Source: Candidatus Alistipes avistercoris
GTDB taxonomy: Bacteria; Bacteroidota; Bacteroidia; Bacteroidales; Rikenellaceae
Assembly: GCA_019115075.1 (NCBI GenBank)
Contig: DXEE01000037.1
Coordinates: 5,097 to 69,096 of the forward strand
Direction: 5' to 3'
Length of the DNA: 64,000 nt
Position numbers and translations under genes: made by a program
The notes under the pieces: model-generated
What the model was told of the DNA's origin: nothing
Seen by the model: the letters and a program-made list of their open reading frames with translations, nothing else
Databases searched by the model: none
In this document: positions 43,023-53,434 of the stretch, in pieces
Position numbering within the stretch: the stretch's first letter is position 1
Layout of the letters: every line of letters starts with the position of its first letter

Positions 43023-44930
43023 CTACCCCACTATTTTTTTCAGCGACGCCAGGTTGCGGGGATTCTTCAGGGACTTCCCTTCGGGTGAATAGAGGTAGTC
43101 GATCCGGTCGCGGAAGTGCTCCTCGACCTTGCTGCGTACCACCTTCATCGTGCTGTTCACCAGTCCGTTCTGCTCCGTGAACGGCTCGTCCACAATGGCC
43201 AGTCCGGCCGGCAGCCAACGCTCGGGGAACTCGCCGGCATAGGCGCCTTGGCCCCGGTATCGGTCGATCTCCGCGCCGATGATTTCGGCCGCGGCCTCCG
43301 CCCGTCCGTCTTCGGCCACTCCGCGGGCCGCCAGCTCGCGCAGCAGGGCCTCGCGGTTCGGCACCACGATGGCCCCCGTGAAGGGGTTCTGGTTGTTGTG
43401 TATGAGGATCTGGTCGATGTAGGGCGACTTGTCCACGATCGCCTCCTCCATTCCTTCGGGACTGTATTTCTCGCCGTCCGAGGCGATCAGCAGGCTCTTG
43501 AACCGCCCCAGCACATAGAGAAACTCATCCTCGGAGACATAACCCATGTCGCCCGTGTGGAGCCATCCGTCGCGTACGGTCTCGGCCGTAGCCTCGGGGT
43601 TCTTCCAGTATCCCGCCATGACGTTCTCACCGCGGATGACGATCTCTCCCTTCGTACCGCGGGGCACCTCGTTCCCTTCCTCGTCGAGGATCTTCAGGTC
43701 GAGCGGGATGAGGATCTTGCCCGACGAACCGAAGCGGTGCCAGTGGTGTTTGGGCGAGTTGGTCGAGATGACGGGCGTCGCCTCCGAGAGTCCGTATCCC
43801 TGAAACATCGGGATGCCGATGGCGTAGAAGAAGCGCTGGAGCTCCGTATCGAGCAGGGCGCCCCCGCCGACGAAGAACTCCATGCAGCCGCCGAACGCCT
43901 CGCGGACCTTGCTGAACAGCAGGGCGTCGAAGATGCCGACCACCGGGGCGAGCAGGATCCGCCATCCGCGGCCCCTGCCGTATCCGTCCTGATTGTAGAC
44001 ATAGGCCGTGCGGAGCGCCAGGCGGAAGAGCCGCTCCGTGAAACGGCCCTTGGCGCGTATCGAGCTCTCGATGTTCTTGCGGAAGTTCTTGGCCAGCGCC
44101 GGCACCGACAGCAGGAAGTGCGGCTGCACCTCGCGGATGTTCTGCGGGATGTTCTTGAGCGTCTCCATCGGCGTGGCGCCGATCTGCACCGTGGCTACCG
44201 AGGCGCCGCAGGCGATCATGATGTAGAAGCCGACGACGTGCGCGAAGCAGTGGTCGAGCGGCAGGATGATGAGCGTGCGGTAGTGCGACGGGATGTCGAT
44301 GCGCGAGAGCGACTGCTCGACGTTGGCCGTGTAGTTGCGGTGCGTGAGCACGACCCCCTTCGGATCGGCTGTCGTGCCGGAGGTGTAGGTGATCGTGGCG
44401 TAGTCGTCGTTGCGGATCGCCTGCCCGATTGCCATGAACTCCTCGCGGTGTTCGGCCAGATAGTCGCGTCCGAGCCGCTTGAGGGTCCCGAAGGCCGTTT
44501 CGCCCGGTTCGAGGGGCAAGTGCCCGAAGACGATGATGTGTTCCACCCCCGGAATCTCGTGGCGGATGCGGCGGATCTTCGGCAGCTGGTATTTCGAGAC
44601 GAAGAGCGCCTTGACCTCGGCGTGGCGCAGGCGGAAGAGCAGGTCGTTCGACTCCTCGAGCTTGACCGAGAGCGGCACGCTGATCGCCCCGGCGTAGAAG
44701 AGTCCCAGTTCGGAGATGATCCATGCGTTGCACCCCTCGGAGAGGATCGCCACCTTGTCCCCGGGGCGGATGCCCAGCGAGGCGAGCCCGGCGCCGACCT
44801 CGAGCGCCTGCTCGCGGGTTTCGGCATAGGTCGTGGGCTCGAACTTGCGGTGGCGCTTCTCGAGCAGGAAGGTCTTGGCTCCGTAGCGTGCGACGGAGGA
44901 TTCGAACAGGTCGATGATGGTCTTCTTCAT
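43023..44930 (-). CDS. long-chain-fatty-acid--CoA ligase (AMP-dependent synthetase)
   Basis: AMP-binding motif (ITYTSGTTADPKGVVLTHRN) and the later GWLHTGDMGY...RFKSLL motif. Confidence 0.85.
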   Translation of the reverse strand: MKKTIIDLFESSVARYGAKTFLLEKRHRKFEPTTYAETREQALEVGAGLASLGIRPGDKVAILSEGCNAWIISELGLFYAGAISVPLSVKLEESNDLLFRLRHAEVKALFVSKYQLPKIRRIRHEIPGVEHIIVFGHLPLEPGETAFGTLKRLGRDYLAEHREEFMAIGQAIRNDDYATITYTSGTTADPKGVVLTHRNYTANVEQSLSRIDIPSHYRTLIILPLDHCFAHVVGFYIMIACGASVATVQIGATPMETLKNIPQNIREVQPHFLLSVPALAKNFRKNIESSIRAKGRFTERLFRLALRTAYVYNQDGYGRGRGWRILLAPVVGIFDALLFSKVREAFGGCMEFFVGGGALLDTELQRFFYAIGIPMFQGYGLSEATPVISTNSPKHHWHRFGSSGKILIPLDLKILDEEGNEVPRGTKGEIVIRGENVMAGYWKNPEATAETVRDGWLHTGDMGYVSEDEFLYVLGRFKSLLIASDGEKYSPEGMEEAIVDKSPYIDQILIHNNQNPFTGAIVVPNREALLRELAARGVAEDGRAEAAAEIIGAEIDRYRGQGAYAGEFPERWLPAGLAIVDEPFTEQNGLVNSTMKVVRSKVEEHFRDRIDYLYSPEGKSLKNPRNLASLKKIVG

Positions 44931-44966
44931 GGTCTTGGGGTTCGTGAGTCCGCTACCGGCGGCGGG

Positions 44967-46757
<1,791 letters not shown>

Positions 46758-46901
46758 GAATTCGCGAGCAAAAATACGTGCAAATATACGAAATATATTT
46801 TGAATTCCGCGAAGCCTTCGCCGGGAGCCGTGCGGCGCAGGTCTGCGGCAGAGATTCTAAAGAATTTTATTTTCGGGCTTGCTCTTTTGGACCGAAATAC
46901 C

Positions 46902-46909
46902 TATCTTTG
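46902..46909 (+). promoter_or_regulatory. Bacteroidota -7 promoter box (TATCTTTG) for lysA
   Basis: Exact TAnnTTTG match 37 nt upstream of the ATG at 46946. Confidence 0.4.
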
Positions 46910-46945
46910 CCCCTCAACAGGTTATAAGTTAGTCAGGTATATAAG

Positions 46946-48109
46946 ATGTTAAGCAGACAAATCGCATCCAGGCTCCGGGGCTACGAGACCCCGTTCTATC
47001 TCTACGACATGGCGCTGCTGCGTCAGACGCTCGAAAGCGTGGTGTACGAATCGAACAAATACGGCTACAAGGTCCACTACGCCATCAAGGCCAACTACGA
47101 CGACCACCTGCTGGCGATCATCCGCGAGTACGGGCTGGGCATCGACTGTGCCTCGGGCAACGAGTTGCGCAAGGCCGTCGAGGCGGGTTTCGCCCCCGAA
47201 GGCATCGTCTATGCCGGCGTGGGCAAGCGGGACAAGGAGCTCCGCTATGCGATCGAACAAGGCATCATGGCCATCAACTGCGAGTCGATCGGCGAGCTGG
47301 AGGTTGTCGATGCCCTTTCCGCCGAGGCGGGCTGCGTGACCGACGTGGCGCTGCGCATCAACCCCGACATCGACCCCAAGACGAACCACTGCATCGACAC
47401 GGGCCAGGCCGACAGCAAGTTCGGCATCTCCTACGAGGAGGTGCTCGAGCATGCCGCCGAGATCAAGTCGCTTGCCCACATCAACATCGTGGGCATCCAC
47501 CTCCACATCGGCTCGCAGATCCGCGAGCTGCACGTCTTCGAGAACATGTGCAACAAGGTGAACGTCATCGTCGAGAACCTCGAGCGGCTGGGCTTCTCGT
47601 TCCGTTTCGTCGATGTGGGCGGCGGCCTGGGCGTCAATTACGACGTCCCCGAGAACGAGCCGATCCCCAACTTCGCCTCGCTCTTCTCGATCGTCCACAA
47701 CCACCTCCGCGTGGGCGACAAGGAGGTGCACTTCGAGTTCGGCCGGTCGATCGTCGCCGAGTGCGGCGAGCTGATCACCACGGTCCTCTTCAACAAGACC
47801 ACGGCCACGGGCCGCAAGCTGGTGATCGTCGATGCCTCGATGACCGAACTGATCCGCCCGGCGCTCTACGGCTCCTACCACAACATCGAGAACATCACGG
47901 CCGACGAGGAGGCCCCGCGCGACAAGTATACGGTCGTGGGCACGGCCTGCGAATCGACCGACGTCTTCGACCAGAACGTGAGCCTGCGCCGCACGCAGCG
48001 CGGCGATCTGCTGACGATCAAGTCGGCCGGAGCCTACGGCATGTCGATGGCCTCGCGCTACAACCTGCACGATCTTCCGGGGGCGGTCTACAGCGACGAG
48101 ATCAAATAA
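46946..48109 (+). CDS. lysA: diaminopimelate decarboxylase
   Basis: PLP-dependent Orn/DAP/Arg decarboxylase fold: YAIKAN Lys motif, GIHLHIGSQ, and the C-terminal SAGAYGMSMASRYN. Confidence 0.9.
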   Translation: MLSRQIASRLRGYETPFYLYDMALLRQTLESVVYESNKYGYKVHYAIKANYDDHLLAIIREYGLGIDCASGNELRKAVEAGFAPEGIVYAGVGKRDKELRYAIEQGIMAINCESIGELEVVDALSAEAGCVTDVALRINPDIDPKTNHCIDTGQADSKFGISYEEVLEHAAEIKSLAHINIVGIHLHIGSQIRELHVFENMCNKVNVIVENLERLGFSFRFVDVGGGLGVNYDVPENEPIPNFASLFSIVHNHLRVGDKEVHFEFGRSIVAECGELITTVLFNKTTATGRKLVIVDASMTELIRPALYGSYHNIENITADEEAPRDKYTVVGTACESTDVFDQNVSLRRTQRGDLLTIKSAGAYGMSMASRYNLHDLPGAVYSDEIK

Positions 48110-48127
48110 CGACTCCCCAATTGTACC

Positions 48128-48162
48128 GGAAGGCGGCCGCGAGCCGCCTTCCCTGCGTTTTT
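48128..48162 (+). terminator. intrinsic terminator after lysA
   Basis: GGAAGGCGGC (48128-48137) / GCCGCCTTCC (48143-48152), followed by CTGCGTTTTT. Confidence 0.5.
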
Positions 48163-48187
48163 CGGAACCCGAACGAATTTTACTGCC

Positions 48188-49087
48188 ATGTGGTTGTCGC
48201 TTGCCTTTGCCTCGGCCGCGCTGCTCGGCCTCTATGATGCGGCCAAAAAGAAGGCGCTCACCGGGAATGCCGTGCTGCCCGTACTGCTGCTCAACACCTT
48301 TTTCTGTTCGCTCTTTTTCCTGCCGGCGATCCTCTCCGCGGAGTGCGGCTTCGGGTGGTTCGACGGAACGGTGCTCGAATCCTCGTGCGGAACCCTCCGG
48401 GCCCACGGGCTGGTCGTTCTCAAGTCGGCGATCGTCCTCACGTCGTGGATCTTCGGTTACTTCGGCATGAAGCACCTGCCGCTGACGATCGTCGGCCCGA
48501 TCAACGCCACACGCCCGGTCCTGGTGCTCCTCGGCGCCCTGCTGATCTTCGGCGAACGCCTCAACGCCAGCCAGTGGGCCGGAGTCCTTCTGGCGCTCGT
48601 CTCGCTCTTCCTGCTGGGGCGTTCGAGCCGCCGCGAAGGGGTCGATTTTGCGCATAACCGCTGGATTCTCTGCATCGCCGCGGCCGCCCTGACCGGTGCG
48701 GCCAGCGGGCTCTACGACAAATACATCATGACGCGGCTCGACCCGGTCTTCGTGCAGAGCTGGTACAACCTCTACCAGTTCCTGATGATGGCCGTCGTGG
48801 CAGGCATCCTGTGGTGGCCGCGGCGCGGACATACGACCCCTTTCCGCTGGAGCTGGGCCATCCCGTTCATCTCGATCTTCCTCTCGGCCGCCGACTTCGC
48901 CTACCTCTATGCCCTGCGCGATCCCGATGCCATGATCTCCGTCGTCTCGATGATCCGCCGCGGTTCGGTCGTCGTGTCGTTCCTGTGCGGTGCGGCGCTG
49001 TTCCACGAGCGCAACCTGCGCTCGAAAGCCGTCGATCTGGCCTTCATCCTGGTGGGTATGTTCTTTCTCTGGCTGGGATCCCGGTAG
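48188..49087 (+). CDS. EamA/DMT-family transporter
   Basis: 299 aa, 10 predicted helices in two EamA-like halves. Confidence 0.75.
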   Translation: MWLSLAFASAALLGLYDAAKKKALTGNAVLPVLLLNTFFCSLFFLPAILSAECGFGWFDGTVLESSCGTLRAHGLVVLKSAIVLTSWIFGYFGMKHLPLTIVGPINATRPVLVLLGALLIFGERLNASQWAGVLLALVSLFLLGRSSRREGVDFAHNRWILCIAAAALTGAASGLYDKYIMTRLDPVFVQSWYNLYQFLMMAVVAGILWWPRRGHTTPFRWSWAIPFISIFLSAADFAYLYALRDPDAMISVVSMIRRGSVVVSFLCGAALFHERNLRSKAVDLAFILVGMFFLWLGSR

Positions 49088-49114
49088 GCATCCGGCGTGC
49101 TTTGTCCACTTGAA

Positions 49115-49151
49115 GGGAGCGGATGGTTTTGACCGTCCGCTCCCGTTTTTA
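49115..49151 (+). terminator. intrinsic terminator after the EamA gene (convergent with trpB2)
   Basis: GGGAGCGGA (49115-49123) / TCCGCTCCC (49136-49144), followed by GTTTTT. Confidence 0.5.
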
Positions 49152-49167
49152 TTCCCGAAGCAATGCT

Positions 49168-50529
49168 TTAGATGATCTTATCCAACCGGCTGACCGACGC
49201 TGCAATTTCGTCGTCGCCCGGCGTGTAGTCCTTCAATGCGCCGGCCAGATACTGTTCGTAGGCGTAGAGGTCGTTCACGCCGTTGCCCGAGAGGTTGAAG
49301 AGGATGGTTCGGCGGCTCCCCTCCTCGCGGGCCTTCAGCGCTTCGCGGATCGCCGCGGCGATGGCGTGCGTCGATTCCGGGGCCGGGATAATCCCCTCGG
49401 CCTGCGCGAAGAGCACGCCGGCCGCGAGGGTTTCGGTCTGCGGCACCGCCTGCGCCTCGATCAGCCCGTCCTTGAGCAGCTGGCTGACAATCGCCCCGGC
49501 GCCGTGGTAGCGGAGGCCTCCGGCGTGGATCTCCGAGGGCTGGAAGTCATGCCCGAGCGTATACATCGGGATGAGCGGTGTGAAACCCGCCACATCGCCG
49601 AAGTCGTACTGGAACGTCCCGCGTGTCAGTTTCGGGCAGCTCGACGGCTCGACGGCCACCACGCGCACCCGGCTTTCGCCCGTGAGCCTGCGCCGCAGGA
49701 ACGGGAACCCGATTCCGGCGAAGTTGCTCCCGCCGCCGAAACAGCCGATCACGATGTCGGGCTCCTCGCCCGCCATCTCCATCTGCGCGACGGCCTCCTG
49801 TCCGATGACGGTCTGGTGCAGCAGCACGTGGTTCAGCACGCTGCCCAGGCAGTAGCGCGTGTCCCCGGGATGCTGCATCGCTACTTCCACGGCCTCCGAA
49901 ATCGCCAGTCCGAGGCTTCCCGGGCAGCGGGGGTCACGTGCGAGGGCCTCACGCCCCGAGCGGGTATGCGTCGTGGGCGAAGCCAGGCATTCGGCACCCC
50001 ACGTTTTCATCATCAGCCGCCGGTAGGGTTTCTGGTCGTAGCTCACGCGGACCATGAAGACCCGTACGTCGATCCCGAAATGTCGGGCGGCGAATGCGAT
50101 GGCCGATCCCCACTGTCCGGCTCCGGTCTCGGTCGTAAGGTGGCGGATGCCCTGCCGGCTGTTGTAGTAGGCCTGCGGTACGGCGGTGTTGGGCTTGTGT
50201 GATCCGACCGGTGAGACGCTCTCGTTCTTGAAGTAGATGTGTGCCGGGGTGTCGAGCGCCTTTTCGAGGCCTGTGGCGCGCACCAGCGGTGTGGGACGCC
50301 AGATGCGGTAGATTTCGCGCACCTTGTCGGGGATGTCGATGAAGCGCTCCTCGGAGAGCTCCTGTGCGGCGAGCTCCTCGGCGAACAGGGCGGAGAGGTC
50401 CTCGCGCGTAACGGGGCGTCCGGTTGCGGGATGGAGCGGCGGCAGCGGCTTGCGGGGCATGTCTGCCACGATGTTGTACCATTGTGTGGGCATCTGCGCC
50501 TCGGTGAGGCAGAATTTCTTCGTTTTCAT
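49168..50529 (-). CDS. TrpB2-type tryptophan synthase beta-like PLP enzyme
   Basis: Trimmed to [25 protein letters not shown], the typical TrpB2 N-terminus. It has the PLP Lys region ([15 protein letters not shown]) and is not adjacent to other trp genes in this window. Confidence 0.85.
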   Translation of the reverse strand: MKTKKFCLTEAQMPTQWYNIVADMPRKPLPPLHPATGRPVTREDLSALFAEELAAQELSEERFIDIPDKVREIYRIWRPTPLVRATGLEKALDTPAHIYFKNESVSPVGSHKPNTAVPQAYYNSRQGIRHLTTETGAGQWGSAIAFAARHFGIDVRVFMVRVSYDQKPYRRLMMKTWGAECLASPTTHTRSGREALARDPRCPGSLGLAISEAVEVAMQHPGDTRYCLGSVLNHVLLHQTVIGQEAVAQMEMAGEEPDIVIGCFGGGSNFAGIGFPFLRRRLTGESRVRVVAVEPSSCPKLTRGTFQYDFGDVAGFTPLIPMYTLGHDFQPSEIHAGGLRYHGAGAIVSQLLKDGLIEAQAVPQTETLAAGVLFAQAEGIIPAPESTHAIAAAIREALKAREEGSRRTILFNLSGNGVNDLYAYEQYLAGALKDYTPGDDEIAASVSRLDKII

Positions 50530-50568
50530 GGTCTTTCTGATTTTGATATGGATGATCTGAAACGGGAA

Positions 50569-50601
50569 AGCCCGCTGTTTACCATTCGTAAACAACGGGC
50601 T
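50569..50601 (-). promoter_or_regulatory. terminator-like hairpin in the trpB2 leader
   Basis: On the minus strand, AGCCCGTTGTTTAC / GAATG / GTAAACAGCGGGCT (13 of 14 positions pair), followed by TTCCCGTTTC. It lies 40 nt upstream of the trpB2 ATG. Confidence 0.4.
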
Positions 50602-50625
50602 TGTGGCTGGTCCGGTCGGGGTCGT

Positions 50626-50709
50626 CTACCTGCACGGCGCATCGCACTCATTGTCCACGAGAGTCAATGAGCGCCACCACCATGCCTGTATGTTCGAAAT
50701 ACGGATCAC
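50626..50709 (-). promoter_or_regulatory. candidate leader peptide ORF with three consecutive Trp codons
   Basis: GTG ATC CGT ATT TCG AAC ATA CAG GCA TGG TGG TGG CGC ... TAG, 27 codons. The TGGTGGTGG run is at 50682-50674. The only in-frame start is GTG, so this call is tentative. Confidence 0.3.
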
Positions 50710-50729
50710 CGCGACGGGTACGTTTCGGA

Positions 50730-50737
50730 CAAATATA
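50730..50737 (-). promoter_or_regulatory. Bacteroidota -7 promoter box (TATATTTG) for the trpB2 leader
   Basis: Exact TAnnTTTG match on the minus strand, about 20 nt upstream of the candidate leader ORF. Confidence 0.4.
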
Positions 50738-50830
50738 GCCGATCTTCCCGGAAAATGCAAATTTTTCCGCCGACAAATCGTCCGGCTCCTATTAATAGAG
50801 GAATTGTTGCCGTTTTTGACGAAAAATCCC

Positions 50831-50838
50831 TATCTTTG
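50831..50838 (+). promoter_or_regulatory. Bacteroidota -7 promoter box (TATCTTTG) for pheT
   Basis: Exact TAnnTTTG match 33 nt upstream of the ATG at 50871. Confidence 0.45.
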
Positions 50839-50870
50839 TCTGATTTTATGAAAACTTCAAATTCAACGAT

Positions 50871-53336
50871 ATGAATATTTCGTACAACTGGCTGAAGCGT
50901 TACCTCGCGACCGACCTGTCGGCCGAAGAGATCGCCCGCATCCTGACGGATATCGGGCTGGAAGTCGAGGGCTTCGAGAAGATCGAGACCATCCGCGGCG
51001 GTTTGCAGGGCGTCGTGGTCGGCGAGGTGCTCACCTGCGTGGACCATCCCGATTCGGACCACCTGCATGTCACGACGGTGGATGTCGGGAGCGGCGAGCC
51101 GCTGCAGATCGTCTGCGGTGCGGCGAACTGCCGCGCGGGCCTCAAGGTAATGTGCGCCACGGTAGGCTCGGTGCTCTACCCCACGGGCAGCGACGAGGAG
51201 TTCAAGATCAAGCGTTCGAAGATCCGCGGCGTCGAGTCGCTGGGCATGCTCTGCGCCGAGGACGAGCTGGGCATCGGCACGGACCACGCCGGCATCATGG
51301 AACTGCCTCAGGAGGCTCCCGTCGGTATGACCGCGAAGGAGTACCTGCACATCGAGGACGACTTCCTGATCGAGATCGGTCTGACGCCCAACCGCGTCGA
51401 TGCCGCCTCGCACATCGGCGTGGCGCGCGACCTGGCAGCCTACCTCCGGGCCCGCGGCGAGCAGGCCGAGGTGCGCTGGCCCGATGTTTCGGCCTTTGCT
51501 CCGGATAACCGCGACCTGGCGGTGCCCGTCCGTGTCGAGTGCCCCGAGGCGGCACCCCGCTATGCGGGCGTCACGGTCCGCGGTTGCAAGATCGGCCCTT
51601 CGCCCGAGTGGATGCAGAACTGCCTGCGTGCCGCCGGCATCAACCCCAAGAACAACCTGGTGGACATCACCAATTTCGTGCTCTTCGAGCTGGGACAGCC
51701 CCTGCACGCCTTCGACCTGGCGAAGATCGAGGGCCGCGAGGTGGTGGTCCGCACGTGCGCCGAGGGTACGCCCTTCGTGACGCTCGACGGCGTGGAGCGC
51801 AAGCTCACGGCGCAGGATCTGATGATCTGCTCGGCCGAGCGCCCGATGTGCATCGCCGGTGTCTTCGGCGGCCTCGACTCGGGCATCAGCGACACGACGA
51901 CCGACGTCTTCATCGAGAGTGCCTACTTCAACCCCGTGTGGGTGCGCAAGACGGCCAAGCGCTTCGGCCTGAACACCGATTCGTCGTTCCGCTTCGAGCG
52001 GGGTGTCGATCCCAACCTGCAGGTCTATGCGGCCAAGCGCGCCGCGCTGCTGATGAAGGAGCTGGCCGGTGGCGAGATCTCGAGCGACATTTCGGACTTC
52101 TATCCCGCGCCGATCGGCGACTTCGTCTTCGACGTCTCGCTGCGCCGGGTCAATATGCTCATCGGTAAGGAGATTCCCGAGCAGACCGTGCGCACGATCC
52201 TCGGGGCCCTCGAGGTGAAGATCCTCGCCGAGCACGACGGCGTGCTGACCGTTTCGGTGCCGCCCTACCGCGTGGACGTGCAGCGTGAGGCCGACCTGGT
52301 GGAGGAGATCCTCCGCATCTACGGCTACAACAACGTCGAGATCCCGACGCGCGTGCGTTCGACGCTCTCCTATGCGCCGCGTCCCGACCGCAACCGCCTG
52401 GTGAACCTCGCCGCCGATTTCCTGACGGCCAACGGTTTCACCGAGATCATGTCCAACTCGCTGACCCGGGGCGCCTACTACGAGGGGCTGACCTCGTGCC
52501 CGGCCGCGCGCTGCGTGCGGATCCTCAATCCGCTGAGCGCCGACCTGAACGTCATGCGCCAGACGCTGCTGTTCAACATGCTGGAGGCCGTGGCGTTGAA
52601 CGCCAACCGCAAGAACGGTGACCTGGAGCTCTACGAGTTCGGCAACTGCTACTTCTACGACGAGGCCCGGCGTTCGGAGGAGAATCCCCTCGCGGCCTAT
52701 TCGGAGGAGTACCGGCTGGCGATCGCCGTGACGGGCGTCGCCACGCCGCAGTCGTGGAACGTGAAACCCGTCCGGGCTTCGTTCTTCACCCTGCGTGCCG
52801 TGGCCGAGAAGCTGCTGCGCCGCTTCGGCATCGACATCTATGCGCTCCAGACCGAGCCGCTGCAGAGCGACCTGTTCGGCGAGGGCCTCTCGATGTCGCT
52901 GGGCGGCAAGGTGCTGCTGCAGATCGGCACCGTGGCTGCGAAGATCCGCCGCATGGTCGATGTCAAGCAGGATGTCTACTACCTGGAGATGAATTTCGAT
53001 GCGCTGGTCAAGTCCACGAAGAAACTCCGTGTGGCCGCCTCGGAACTCTCGAAGTTCCCCGAGGTGAAGCGCGACCTGGCGCTGCTCGTCGATAAGTCGG
53101 TGACCTTTGCGGCGCTCCGCGAGGTGGCTCTGGCCACGGAACGGAAACTGCTGCGCAGCGTGGCGCTCTTCGACGTCTACGAGGGCGACAAACTCCCCGA
53201 GGGGAAGAAGTCCTACGCCCTGAGCTTCGTGCTCGAGGACAAGACCCGCACGCTCGACGAGAAGACGATCGAGCGGGTGATGAGGAACCTCGTCGCGCAG
53301 TTCGAGCAGAAGTGCGGCGCACAGGTCCGCGCCTGA
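50871..53336 (+). CDS. pheT: phenylalanine--tRNA ligase beta subunit
   Basis: MNISYNWLKRYL start, tRNA-binding OB domain, B3/4 and B5 domains, and a C-terminal FDX-ACB domain. 821 aa. Confidence 0.95.
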   Translation: MNISYNWLKRYLATDLSAEEIARILTDIGLEVEGFEKIETIRGGLQGVVVGEVLTCVDHPDSDHLHVTTVDVGSGEPLQIVCGAANCRAGLKVMCATVGSVLYPTGSDEEFKIKRSKIRGVESLGMLCAEDELGIGTDHAGIMELPQEAPVGMTAKEYLHIEDDFLIEIGLTPNRVDAASHIGVARDLAAYLRARGEQAEVRWPDVSAFAPDNRDLAVPVRVECPEAAPRYAGVTVRGCKIGPSPEWMQNCLRAAGINPKNNLVDITNFVLFELGQPLHAFDLAKIEGREVVVRTCAEGTPFVTLDGVERKLTAQDLMICSAERPMCIAGVFGGLDSGISDTTTDVFIESAYFNPVWVRKTAKRFGLNTDSSFRFERGVDPNLQVYAAKRAALLMKELAGGEISSDISDFYPAPIGDFVFDVSLRRVNMLIGKEIPEQTVRTILGALEVKILAEHDGVLTVSVPPYRVDVQREADLVEEILRIYGYNNVEIPTRVRSTLSYAPRPDRNRLVNLAADFLTANGFTEIMSNSLTRGAYYEGLTSCPAARCVRILNPLSADLNVMRQTLLFNMLEAVALNANRKNGDLELYEFGNCYFYDEARRSEENPLAAYSEEYRLAIAVTGVATPQSWNVKPVRASFFTLRAVAEKLLRRFGIDIYALQTEPLQSDLFGEGLSMSLGGKVLLQIGTVAAKIRRMVDVKQDVYYLEMNFDALVKSTKKLRVAASELSKFPEVKRDLALLVDKSVTFAALREVALATERKLLRSVALFDVYEGDKLPEGKKSYALSFVLEDKTRTLDEKTIERVMRNLVAQFEQKCGAQVRA

Positions 53337-53373
53337 TCTGCCCCCGCCCGCCCGGGATGTTCGGGAAGAAAAA

Positions 53374-53405
53374 GGGAGAGGCCTCCTTCGAAGGAGGCCT
53401 CTCCC
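53374..53405. terminator. bidirectional intrinsic terminator between pheT and the GH20 gene
   Basis: Perfect 32-nt palindrome GGGAGAGGCCTCCTTCGAAGGAGGCCTCTCCC, flanked by an A-run upstream and a T6 run downstream. Confidence 0.75.
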
Positions 53406-53434
53406 TTTTTTCTCTATGCTCGCTCCGCCCGGTG

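Noticed and set aside
42338-43218. Several 74-177-aa ORFs around the tRNA (e.g. 42559..43092, 42694..43218, 42501..42731)
   Set aside because: They overlap the tRNA-Gly gene, its terminator or the fadD-like 3' end, and show no motifs or plausible starts.
46758-46945. Lysine riboswitch upstream of lysA
   Set aside because: The spacer is only 188 nt and is shared with the divergent lepA promoter. The TAnnTTTG box sits 37 nt from the ATG, leaving no room for an L-box, and I saw none of its conserved helices.
46949-49006. 685-aa minus-strand ORF
   Set aside because: Antisense to lysA and the EamA transporter. Low-complexity Arg/Asp/Gly/Glu composition.
50706-52235. 509-aa minus-strand ORF
   Set aside because: Antisense to pheT, with no motifs. 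It would also run through the pheT promoter region.
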